A stretch of DNA of 64,000 nt, from positions 8,994 through 72,993 of the IMG/VR virus record IMGVR_UViG_3300037458_001303; one strand, given 5' to 3'. Positions 55,898-64,000 of the stretch are shown one piece after another. The first letter of the stretch is position 1. Every line of letters starts with the position of its first letter. The position numbers and the translations under genes are program-made. A model generated the notes under the pieces. The model had not been told where the DNA came from, searched no databases, and worked only from the letters and a program-made list of their open reading frames with translations. This DNA is from a virus. Its lineage: Duplodnaviria; Caudoviricetes.

Positions 55898-56968
55898 TCA
55901 TTCTTTCACGAGGCACCACAGGGCATACCGGGGGCCATTGTTTTCATGTCCCGACACGGTCGGGAGATCGTAGTTGTCACTCTCTTGCATCGGAGGAGTC
56001 GTCAAGGTCCCGCGGATCGCATTGACGACGGTATCCTGGGTGATCGTCTGGGTAGTAGCGCTGGCTTGGGGGCCACCGCCCTGGCATTGACGAAGCAGAT
56101 AGTCCTTATCAGCCACCCATCCGTCCTGAGTTATCAGGTAGATGTCATCGTTGACATCGGCGGCAAAGCGGCCTGTGGCGTGCCAGTGGGTTTCCGGCCA
56201 CCCTGGAGTTTCCTCGTTAGTCAGAACGTGGGTTTCTTCACCGAAGACATCACCTGCGGCCCGCGGCGTAGTGACCCCGGAGACCGCCGGGTTGTTAGCA
56301 ACCGGCGAGGTGCCGGCGTCCTTGTGCGCGGCGGCCAAACAACGCCCGCGGATCGAGGGGCCGAGTCCCGTTACGCTGGCTTCAGACCAGCCGGGGTTAT
56401 ATCGTAGAGCCTCCGACAGAGTGCGGTGCGTGACGAACTTGACGTCACCAGGAGAACCGCTCTGGGTTCGCCATTGGCCTCGTTCAAAGATCAGCTGGGC
56501 CGCGATGTCGGTGTCCCAATAAAGCTGCCCCTCAGCTGGAGACGCTGGCCGCGCAGCGGTTGTCCCTCGGGCGCCAACAAACGCCTGCCAGACGCCACCG
56601 GTCTTGACCCACAGCGTCTGTGGGAGGTTGTCCGAGTCCGTTTGGAGCCAGATCAGCACGCTCGAATCGGTAGGCTGCGTCTGGCTGACGGCGTAAATCG
56701 ATTGGCTCGACGGGCTGATATCGAGCGGGACGTAGGTCTTGGCGTTGTCATCCCAGACCCAGAGACTGGTTCCCGTCGAGGTAATCAGGAACAATGGACC
56801 CTGGTCGCTCGTCGGGATCTGAGTGCCGATGACGAAGGTGGAAATCCCGAACGGTGCGACGATCCGGAGCCGCTCGACAATGTGGTTGACGAGCTCTTGG
56901 AGGTTACCCTCGAACGCGGGATCGACCGGAGCGGCCTGGATTACGAGTTGGGTGTCATTGATCGCCAT
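55898..56968 (-). CDS. Tail fibre / collar-domain protein
   Basis: PGDVKF...GW....IRGR...FGEETHVLT...H.H...HEN..P.YAL. Confidence 0.6.
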   Translation of the reverse strand: MAINDTQLVIQAAPVDPAFEGNLQELVNHIVERLRIVAPFGISTFVIGTQIPTSDQGPLFLITSTGTSLWVWDDNAKTYVPLDISPSSQSIYAVSQTQPTDSSVLIWLQTDSDNLPQTLWVKTGGVWQAFVGARGTTAARPASPAEGQLYWDTDIAAQLIFERGQWRTQSGSPGDVKFVTHRTLSEALRYNPGWSEASVTGLGPSIRGRCLAAAHKDAGTSPVANNPAVSGVTTPRAAGDVFGEETHVLTNEETPGWPETHWHATGRFAADVNDDIYLITQDGWVADKDYLLRQCQGGGPQASATTQTITQDTVVNAIRGTLTTPPMQESDNYDLPTVSGHENNGPRYALWCLVKE

Positions 56969-56971
56969 AGG

Positions 56972-57115
56972 TCAGACAATAGATGTGCCCTGGTCGGGCG
57001 TCGACGTGTCGGTGGTGGATCCAGACGCTGGCACGGGCGGCAGGTTGAACGGAGGAGAGATATAGTCCTCGATGCAATCTGCCCGCTTGTCGTATGGATC
57101 GATGTGTTCCTGCAT
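56972..57115 (-). CDS. Small hypothetical protein (47 aa)
   Basis: TGATG overlap with the nozzle stop; MQEHIDPYDKRADC... Confidence 0.35.
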   Translation of the reverse strand: MQEHIDPYDKRADCIEDYISPPFNLPPVPASGSTTDTSTPDQGTSIV

Positions 57116-59115
57116 CAGACAAAAGGTTGTGTGGTCGGGAAACAGATCCCGGATTTGAACCCGCCGAAGAACTTGGGCCCATAGACCCGGAGATCCTCAG
57201 CCGCGCGCGCCTCTGCCGTCTTTTTCGCCCGGTTGGCTGCCGCCGCAGCGCTAATGACCGACGTCTCGCACGCTACCCCGGTTGCCGTGTAGCCCCCGTA
57301 GGATTCCATCACCGTAGCACACGATTCCCAAATCTGCGGCGGATTCAGCAGCAGGGCCTCAAGCGCTTCCTCTAAACTATCGCCGGCAGAGGCAGCTCCG
57401 TCAAATCGCGTCACGCGGACGTTGCTCTCGTTTTTCTCGCACACGCCGGATTGCTCGTCGTTTTCCAGCGTCGCGAAGACCCGGATGGTCCGGATTCCGC
57501 CGGGTCCGGACCCCATGACGCACAGCTGGAAACCGTAGTCGATCGGGTCCGTCCGATCCGACTCGACGCCGCAGGAGTCCAAGGAATCGTCCGGGGACTG
57601 CCGCGTGTCGACCGTCGAAACGGTCCGGGACTGCTTCTTGAACCCGAAAAACTTGGTGTCCGCGGTGTAAATGTCCGACGCCCGAATCACGCCGCGCTGT
57701 GCCTTGACAATCTTTGTGCAGCTCTGCTTGTAGCGTCCCCGGGTCGTTCCGGCCCACGAGATCTTCAGGTGAGTCTCGTCCCAAAACTCGGACATGCTCA
57801 GCTTCGCGTATTTCCACTGCTTGGGCTGCTTCGTCCCGAACAAATACCCGCGGGTCTCCAGGGCCCAGGTAATCGGCGTGAAGTTGTCCAGCCGCTCGTG
57901 CATGAAGGCTTCCCACATCCGATAGCGGCCGTCGCGGTCATAGCTGACCTGGAAGATCCGATCCTGGCCGGCGATGTTGGCCGTGACCCACTGAACCGGA
58001 CGGGTCCCGACCCAGAAGCTGTCCCAAGTCGGTCCTTCCTCTTCGATCGTAGTGTCCAGGCCTTCAAGGTCGGCAACCCAGGTGTGCCGGTTCCACTTGT
58101 CGGCGTAGGGAACGCTAATCAGCAGGTAGCCCAGGTAAGCGCCGGCGGCAACGCCCGAGAGATCGGGATCCAGCCGCTGCTTCGACCAAACCATGTTCGT
58201 ATCGATGACCTTCCGCTCGGAAGACGTCTGAGTCTGCACGGCAAGGTTGATGTTGACGGCTCCCTTGGGGGAGAACCACCAGAGATACCCGAAGTGCGCG
58301 ACGATCGAGCGGGCAGACGCGCAGCCGACGTCCGGGAAGACCACCTTCTGGAAGTCGGGAGTCTGGGCCCAAGCATCTCGATCCCGGAGGTTGGACTGAA
58401 ACGCCGTGGTATTCTCTTTGGTGAAGACCAGGAGCAGCGGGTTCTCGACAGAGGGGGTCTCGGTCATGCCGGTGACCTCGCCTGGGAGGATGAAAGCGTT
58501 GATGCCGGAGGGCCCGATGTATTGGCCTTCGCGGAAGCTGAACGGATCGTAAATGTCCGAGGCGAACACGCGCCGGCCGTTGGCAACCCAGAGGCGTCCG
58601 CCAGACCAGACCATGTGCGTCCCGATCGGAGTCGTCTCGTCGCCGCGGATATGCCCACCCTTGGCCCCATCCCAATATGCCGGCGCCGACTTCCCGTCCT
58701 GGATCATCAGGACGGCCTGCGGGTTGATCAGCGTCAAGGAGTTGTCATCATTTCGGATGACCGACTGCTCCGCCCGCTCGAAGTAGACTTCCCGGACTCG
58801 ATTGCTGAGCGCGATCCCGGTGATCTCGACGAACCCGTCGAACGGCGGCGTCGAAAGGTAGACCTTTCCGTCGATGACGAAGATGAACTGCACCTCGCCA
58901 CCGGAGGGCCGAAACCACGTGAACCCCTGGAAGGTGCCCTCGGGCAACAGTAGCCGTTCACGGTAGCCGGGTCGGCACTGATAGATGCCGCCACGTCGGA
59001 CCATGTTCATCGCGCGGGCCACGGCGCCCTCAGGCAACATCTCCGGGTCGCCCGCGGATTGCATCCCGAACTTGAACGTCAGGTCCCGATCAGCTACTCG
59101 TTCTCCACCAGCCAT
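57115..59115 (-). CDS. Tail nozzle / stabilisation protein (T7 gp12 / P22 gp10-like)
   Basis: 666-aa beta-propeller-like sequence (NMV.RGG...CRPG, GRLWV, GCAS..SI, YLWW). Confidence 0.7.
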   Translation of the reverse strand: MAGGERVADRDLTFKFGMQSAGDPEMLPEGAVARAMNMVRRGGIYQCRPGYRERLLLPEGTFQGFTWFRPSGGEVQFIFVIDGKVYLSTPPFDGFVEITGIALSNRVREVYFERAEQSVIRNDDNSLTLINPQAVLMIQDGKSAPAYWDGAKGGHIRGDETTPIGTHMVWSGGRLWVANGRRVFASDIYDPFSFREGQYIGPSGINAFILPGEVTGMTETPSVENPLLLVFTKENTTAFQSNLRDRDAWAQTPDFQKVVFPDVGCASARSIVAHFGYLWWFSPKGAVNINLAVQTQTSSERKVIDTNMVWSKQRLDPDLSGVAAGAYLGYLLISVPYADKWNRHTWVADLEGLDTTIEEEGPTWDSFWVGTRPVQWVTANIAGQDRIFQVSYDRDGRYRMWEAFMHERLDNFTPITWALETRGYLFGTKQPKQWKYAKLSMSEFWDETHLKISWAGTTRGRYKQSCTKIVKAQRGVIRASDIYTADTKFFGFKKQSRTVSTVDTRQSPDDSLDSCGVESDRTDPIDYGFQLCVMGSGPGGIRTIRVFATLENDEQSGVCEKNESNVRVTRFDGAASAGDSLEEALEALLLNPPQIWESCATVMESYGGYTATGVACETSVISAAAAANRAKKTAEARAAEDLRVYGPKFFGGFKSGICFPTTQPFV

Positions 59116-59117
59116 AA

Positions 59118-60068
59118 TCAGTCAAGGTAGTCCTCGCCGGCCAGCTGCGTCGAGGGGTCGTGGATCTGCGGCGGCGACTGAACCGGGGAGTCGGCCGCTC
59201 GAACAGCTTCCGTCAGGAATCGCCGGGCCGTCGCTTCGAACCCAGCGGCCTGGGCGACGTTGCCCTCGTCGTAATACTTGAGAGCGTGAACCATCAGCTT
59301 CACGGCGATCGGAGATGGCAGCGGGATCTGATCGTCGAGCGACTTGACGGCGTAAACGCGCCGGCGATAGGCAACGCGGATCCAGTCAGCGTCCTTTTCG
59401 AGCTTGATCTGCTTATACATCGGCTCCGTCTCGTCGTAATCGAAGACGCCCAGCTGGGTCCCCGTCGACGTGTCGGAGTCGAACGAAGAAACCCGGATGC
59501 TTCCGACAGTCTGCTGTTTCCGGAAGCGAGCGATGCGAGAAATCGTCGGGGCACCCGCATCGGGAAGTGCGTAGCCAAAGATCGTGGGCACTTGGTAGCC
59601 GTCGACAACCGTGCCGTCCGCATTGACGGTCTTCAGTTTCTGATTCTGCGTGTCCCAACCGTAGACCCAGAGCTCGGCTCCTTCATCCGCTTCGTCTTGC
59701 AGGAACGCGACAATCTTCCCGGGGCGCTGCATGGGCCGGTAAGCCGGGACGAGACCGAAGTCCCGCCATCCGACTTTTCCGGTATCCCAGCAGTCGCCCG
59801 GACCATTCAGATGAAATTGAAACATGAAGTCCCGACCAATCGCGGGCTGGCCGTTAAGGTTGACAGACAACACCGTGTAAACCTCGCGCGGCAGCGTCAC
59901 CAAGCGGTCCTTCACGCAGATGTCAACCACCCCGAAGAGCGGGTCGAATTCGCCAGTATTGGCAAGCACCTGAACGGCGTCGGTCACCTTCCGATAGATG
60001 TCCGGCAGACTGCACGCCCCCAGGATCTTCTTGAGGTCGTCGATGATGTCTCTGACGGTCACGATCAT
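59118..60068 (-). CDS. Head-tail adaptor / tail tubular protein A-like
   Basis: Upstream of the nozzle; helical N- and C-termini around a beta core. Confidence 0.55.
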   Translation of the reverse strand: MIVTVRDIIDDLKKILGACSLPDIYRKVTDAVQVLANTGEFDPLFGVVDICVKDRLVTLPREVYTVLSVNLNGQPAIGRDFMFQFHLNGPGDCWDTGKVGWRDFGLVPAYRPMQRPGKIVAFLQDEADEGAELWVYGWDTQNQKLKTVNADGTVVDGYQVPTIFGYALPDAGAPTISRIARFRKQQTVGSIRVSSFDSDTSTGTQLGVFDYDETEPMYKQIKLEKDADWIRVAYRRRVYAVKSLDDQIPLPSPIAVKLMVHALKYYDEGNVAQAAGFEATARRFLTEAVRAADSPVQSPPQIHDPSTQLAGEDYLD

Positions 60069-60070
60069 AA

Positions 60071-60388
60071 TCAGTCCTCGTCTTCGTATTCGGCGCGGAG
60101 CTTGTCGAGGGCCTCCGATGCCGAGGGCAGTTTGCTCTTCTTCTCAGACTTTTCGGCCCGGACGGAGACGATGTCCTTCAGCTCGATCGAATACTCGACG
60201 GATACTTTGTCCCGGGAGGCCTCGACCGATTTGCGCCGGACACAAAACCGCACTGTCATCGTCCCTTCTTTCGGAAGGTCTGGGTCGTCAGCGCCAAACC
60301 GGAGGTAAACGCTGGGATACATGGGGCCCTCGTCCATGCGGAGGGGCTCACCAAGACCTTTGTCACTTTGCTGAAGACTGATTTCCAT
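60071..60388 (-). CDS. Hypothetical protein
   Basis: Likely start MEISL at 60388. Confidence 0.55.
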   Translation of the reverse strand: MEISLQQSDKGLGEPLRMDEGPMYPSVYLRFGADDPDLPKEGTMTVRFCVRRKSVEASRDKVSVEYSIELKDIVSVRAEKSEKKSKLPSASEALDKLRAEYEDED

Positions 60389-60389
60389 A

Positions 60390-61271
60390 TTATTGTCTTT
60401 CCCAGGACCGACAGATCGTCCAGATTGAGGCGAGCTCCATATTCTGGCCCGCCCCCGCAAAAACCTTGCAAGACATCACCGGAGACATCGAGGCTTCCGG
60501 GAACCGACTGTTGAACAGAGCAACCTGGACCCCGTCGAGGTAGAATCGGGTCGTGCCAGCCACCGGGGCCAGCCGGATTTCCCAATCGTGCCAGTCGGTA
60601 TCAGCAGCCGCTAGCCCTGTTGAAGCCGTCTCGCTGCCAGCGACGCCGTTATTGCACTGCGCCACCCACTCGGTGTCGCCCGAGGTATTAACGAAGAGGC
60701 GGAATCGAGCGTAATGCTGCACCGGCTCCTCAGGGTCCATGCCGGCGGGGACTGTCGAGATCAGGCCGAACTGACGGTCGGTATCCGCCACGCCACCAAC
60801 GTTCCGAAAGCGCCCTTTCAGCAGTGTTGGTGTGAACTCGGTATGAACGAAGCTATTACTGGATAGCCAGTAGCCGTTGAATAGCACAAGACGGTTCGGT
60901 TGTCCACTCCCTGCGATAGTATACGTCGCTGAGGTCGCCGACGTCTGGCCGCCGATCAGCTGGCTCCAAGGCCCGAGACCACCAGAGGCTCCGGGAGGCT
61001 GCCACATCCCGATCTGGAACCCCGCGGCCAGCCCACGGCGCGCGATGATCGCCCATTCTTCCCAGGTGAGCCGCCGGCCTTCGCCGATCGCAGTCGCGAT
61101 AATGACGACTTCCTCCGGAGTCGCGCCGGTCAGCGCCGAAAGACTCTGTATCGAGCGGACGACATTACGCAGCGAGACTTTTCTGGTCTCACCAGACTGG
61201 ACGACAGGCATGACATCGTCCGGGAGGACGAATCCAGCGGCGGTCGTTGCGGTTAGTTTCTGGTTGGCCAT
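60390..61271 (-). CDS. Virion protein with ConA/LamG-like C-terminal domain (paralogue 3)
   Basis: Start at TAATG overlap (MANQKL); WHDWEIRL...TRFYLDGVQVA. Confidence 0.65.
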   Translation of the reverse strand: MANQKLTATTAAGFVLPDDVMPVVQSGETRKVSLRNVVRSIQSLSALTGATPEEVVIIATAIGEGRRLTWEEWAIIARRGLAAGFQIGMWQPPGASGGLGPWSQLIGGQTSATSATYTIAGSGQPNRLVLFNGYWLSSNSFVHTEFTPTLLKGRFRNVGGVADTDRQFGLISTVPAGMDPEEPVQHYARFRLFVNTSGDTEWVAQCNNGVAGSETASTGLAAADTDWHDWEIRLAPVAGTTRFYLDGVQVALFNSRFPEASMSPVMSCKVFAGAGQNMELASIWTICRSWERQ

Positions 61272-62215
61272 TACCACTCCAAAGGCGCCCGGTAGCCAGC
61301 GCTCAGATAAAAGTCGAAGCCCTTGTTGGTTCCCGCGCGCGCCATACCGTAAGAGATCGAGGCTAGCGGCGAAGTCGGCAGCGGTGGGACTACAACCGGA
61401 ACCGCGGTCCCGTTGATCCGAAACTCCAGATTCTGGCCCGCATCGTCGGTCTCTAATTCGAGTAGCATCAACGTCGTGGAGTCCAAAGCAACCCCGGTGT
61501 CGAGGTAAGCCACGGGGCCCGCGCCCGTCCGGACCAAGGCCTGCCACGTAGCGTGGCCCAGGCCGTCGCCGGCCCAGTTGCTAAAGCCGAACCCTACAAA
61601 CTCCACACCCGGATCGGTCACCCCGATATTGATAGCGCCTCCGTCGTAGAGACCTAGCCAGATCCGGGTGTCGGTCGGATCCTGGAGGCGGACACGCCAC
61701 TGATAGTAGACTTTGGCGCCCGGGAAAAAGTATCGTCCGCTAAACTGGAGGTTGGTGTGCCCCAGGATGAACGAAGAAACGGCGGCTTGGCACGGATACC
61801 GAGCGAACCGACCATACTCATTGCTCACCCCTACGTCCGTGTAGGATCCATTGGGGAACACGCCACATCCAACGGAAGCCACCGATCCTGAAACGGCTCC
61901 GGCCGCATTGGCCCAGATGTATTCCTCGACTTTGTCCCGGGAGTAAATCGTAGCCGCGCCCAGATTCAGCAGGGGGCCCAAATCGCCGACTCGGATCTTC
62001 TTCGCAACGCCAGCTTCCAGCATCAGAATCAGGTCATCGTCCGTCAGATCGTCAGCGAGCACCTCGGGCAGCGTCTCACAGACGGCGGCGATGCGATTCA
62101 GGACGGCGGACCGGGACGCGTGGGCGCCCAGCGGGTCCATCACGACGCAATAGATGTCGTCTGCGGTTACCGCTCCGCCGGCTTGCACCGGTAGCTCTGA
62201 GATCCTTTTGTCCAT
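61271..62215 (-). CDS. Virion protein with ConA/LamG-like C-terminal domain (paralogue 2)
   Basis: MDKRISELP N-terminus; RIWLGL...LDTGVAL...LEFRING. Confidence 0.65.
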   Translation of the reverse strand: MDKRISELPVQAGGAVTADDIYCVVMDPLGAHASRSAVLNRIAAVCETLPEVLADDLTDDDLILMLEAGVAKKIRVGDLGPLLNLGAATIYSRDKVEEYIWANAAGAVSGSVASVGCGVFPNGSYTDVGVSNEYGRFARYPCQAAVSSFILGHTNLQFSGRYFFPGAKVYYQWRVRLQDPTDTRIWLGLYDGGAINIGVTDPGVEFVGFGFSNWAGDGLGHATWQALVRTGAGPVAYLDTGVALDSTTLMLLELETDDAGQNLEFRINGTAVPVVVPPLPTSPLASISYGMARAGTNKGFDFYLSAGYRAPLEW

Positions 62216-63363
62216 TACCAGGAAGTCGGTGTGACGTCAATCAGCACGATTTCGATGTTGTTCGCGGCGGTTCGACCTGACAGGGCATGCGCTTGCAGCC
62301 CAGCGGTAAAGTCGGGGAGGTTCGAATCAGCGACGTAAACCTCCACGTCGTCGATGTAAAACCGGACTTCTCCGGGTTCCGAAACGATGTCGAACTTCAC
62401 CGGGACCGAGGAGTTGACCGCGATTCCCGTATCGTAATTGTGGGTCTCGGATGCCCCATCGTAGACTCGGCAGTGCCACGTGGTGTAAGTGCTGGCTGCC
62501 CAAAAGGCCACGCTTCGGACGTTAGGCGTATCGGTATCGATCGGGACCAACGAAACGGCGTTCTCGGATAGACCGATCGAGAATCGAGCGTCGGTATTCC
62601 GATTTGTCGCGGCCACGCAGCGGAATCTAACGCCCTGCTCCAGCCTGACTGCCGGATACGAGATTGGGCCGGCCGGAACAACGAGCCCCTGGCGGCGGAT
62701 CCGCCCGTCGGTCGTTGCCGTCGGCGGAACGTTGATAAAGGTGCCGTAGTTGATCCACGGACCGGGGCCGTCGTAAAGCGCGGAGATGTTGTTGAAGGCC
62801 CCAACCGTTCGAAGGATCTGCCCCTCGGGGAGCAGACCGCCGATTAGCTCCAGGTAGGCGTAAAGCTGGAACACCGTGACGAACGAGGCGGTATCCGACT
62901 GGACCAGCCACATCTTGCTCTCGGGAGCTCCTTCCAGGAACCCGCTGGCGAGATCGTTCATCCCGTCCAAGAGGTCCTGAAACGTCACCTGCCGGCTGAC
63001 TGCCGCCCCGGCCGGATCATCGACGATGTAGCCGGGAGTCGACGGCTGCAGGTCGGTTGCCTCGGGCAACGCTCCGATCAGTATTGTCCCGCCGTCCTCC
63101 GGCAGGACGTTCCCCTGGCCGTCCTCGTTCTGTAAGAAAACGCCGGGTGCGAGCAGCAGCCCGTTTTCGATTACCGGCGGCGGGACTGGAGGCTCGGGCG
63201 GGGTTGGCGGAGGATAAACCTCGCCAGGATACCGGACGCTGCGGATCGATCGCCGGGGCGCCGGTGGTTCCTCGGGCGTAATAGGACCAGACTGCGACGA
63301 GGATAGTTCCCCATCGCAGTCGGAGATGCGATCACGTTCGCGAACTGAAACCGCCTTAAACAT
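62215..63363 (-). CDS. Virion protein with ConA/LamG-like C-terminal domain (paralogue 1)
   Basis: IGALPEA motif; RFSIGL...YDTGIAV...VRFYIDDVEV. Confidence 0.65.
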   Translation of the reverse strand: MFKAVSVRERDRISDCDGELSSSQSGPITPEEPPAPRRSIRSVRYPGEVYPPPTPPEPPVPPPVIENGLLLAPGVFLQNEDGQGNVLPEDGGTILIGALPEATDLQPSTPGYIVDDPAGAAVSRQVTFQDLLDGMNDLASGFLEGAPESKMWLVQSDTASFVTVFQLYAYLELIGGLLPEGQILRTVGAFNNISALYDGPGPWINYGTFINVPPTATTDGRIRRQGLVVPAGPISYPAVRLEQGVRFRCVAATNRNTDARFSIGLSENAVSLVPIDTDTPNVRSVAFWAASTYTTWHCRVYDGASETHNYDTGIAVNSSVPVKFDIVSEPGEVRFYIDDVEVYVADSNLPDFTAGLQAHALSGRTAANNIEIVLIDVTPTSW

Positions 63364-63763
63364 TCGGGACCTTGTCCAGGCCCCGCAAGACAGGCATCAA
63401 CGCCGCCAACATCCCAGGAGTCGGGGGCGCCCCCTCGAAGAGCCTGGGGGCTCCGATTGTGTGTAGCTCGATCTCGATGTCCTGGTTGGCCACCTCGATC
63501 AGCCGGGACCGGATCTCGGCCTCGGGCGTCAGCTTGAGTTGCGGGCTTTTTGTGACGATAGGGTTGCTGTGTCCTTCGACCACTTCTTTCTTGATCTGCT
63601 CTTCGATCAAAACGTGCTTGTCGATCTCCTCTTGGAGGGTGGTGATGTTCTCCGCGATCTCGATCAGAAGATGCGGATCCTTCAATTTCAGCCCGTCGAT
63701 GGCTACGTGGCCACGGGCGAGATCACCGAGTCGTCGGACTTTAACTTTGATTTTGGTTTTCAT
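63356..63763 (-). CDS. Hypothetical protein
   Basis: Likely start MKTKIK at 63763 with AGGGG/AAGG upstream. Confidence 0.6.
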   Translation of the reverse strand: MKTKIKVKVRRLGDLARGHVAIDGLKLKDPHLLIEIAENITTLQEEIDKHVLIEEQIKKEVVEGHSNPIVTKSPQLKLTPEAEIRSRLIEVANQDIEIELHTIGAPRLFEGAPPTPGMLAALMPVLRGLDKVPNV

Positions 63764-63782
63764 GTCGGCCTTTCGTCCCCTA

Positions 63783-63811
63783 TCTATCGCGGGAAACGAG
63801 GCACCTGTCAA
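63783..63811 (-). promoter_or_regulatory. Promoter TTGACA-N17-GATAGA
   Basis: Same family as the other late-strand motifs. Confidence 0.5.
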
Positions 63812-64000
63812 CGGAATTCTTTCCAATTCAAGGACACCCGAGCCGTGGGCGTTCCGGTCGCGGAGTAGCATACGACCGCGAGTCCGTATTGGGTGGTCCC
63901 GTCAGCTCCTACCGTCAAAGCCGCGCGGCCCTGAATGTCGCGCACGTTACCCGATCTTGACTGCGTGGTAGCAGCGAACAGCCCACTGGCAACCTTAACG

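Noticed and set aside
1-64000. Diversity-generating retroelement, retron, tRNA genes, integrase
   Set aside because: No reverse transcriptase, no TR/VR pair with A-specific mismatches, no cloverleaf and no recombinase were recognised

Overview
The window is most of a GC-rich, apparently lytic tailed-phage (podovirus-like) genome; no integrase was seen. Minus-strand morphogenesis genes occupy both ends. The left end (1-12.3 kb) has a TerS-like gene, TerL, portal, a scaffold-like protein and glycosyltransferases. The right end (43.8-64 kb) has a 2681-aa internal virion protein, two smaller ejection-like proteins, tail fibre/collar, nozzle, adaptor and three paralogous lectin-like proteins. No major capsid gene was recognised, so it probably lies outside the window. 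The plus-strand block (12.4-43.7 kb) holds small early genes, nucleotide-metabolism genes, RNA ligase, UDP-galactopyranose mutase with several GT-like genes, SF2 helicase, PD-(D/E)xK nuclease, family A DNA polymerase, primase-helicase, a sigma70-like factor, RuvC and DUF932. The standout is at 20.1-22.2 kb. A 493-aa IS607/Fanzor-type TnpB with a rearranged RuvC site (D265-P-G, G381 in place of the usual Glu, E443, D479) and no TnpA is followed by a ~240-nt structured omegaRNA/tracr-like region. That region runs into a truncated repeat and a mini CRISPR array of five perfect 32-nt near-palindromic repeats, with no cas1/cas2. This is a candidate phage-borne TnpB-to-Cas12 intermediate. Other highlights are a ~420-nt structured, pseudoknotted ncRNA candidate at 25.5-25.9 kb, about eight GT-like genes plus glf, and a TTGACA-N17-[G/C]AT promoter family that seems to give leaderless mRNAs. 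All calls come from motif recognition by eye; no database searches or folding programs were run.
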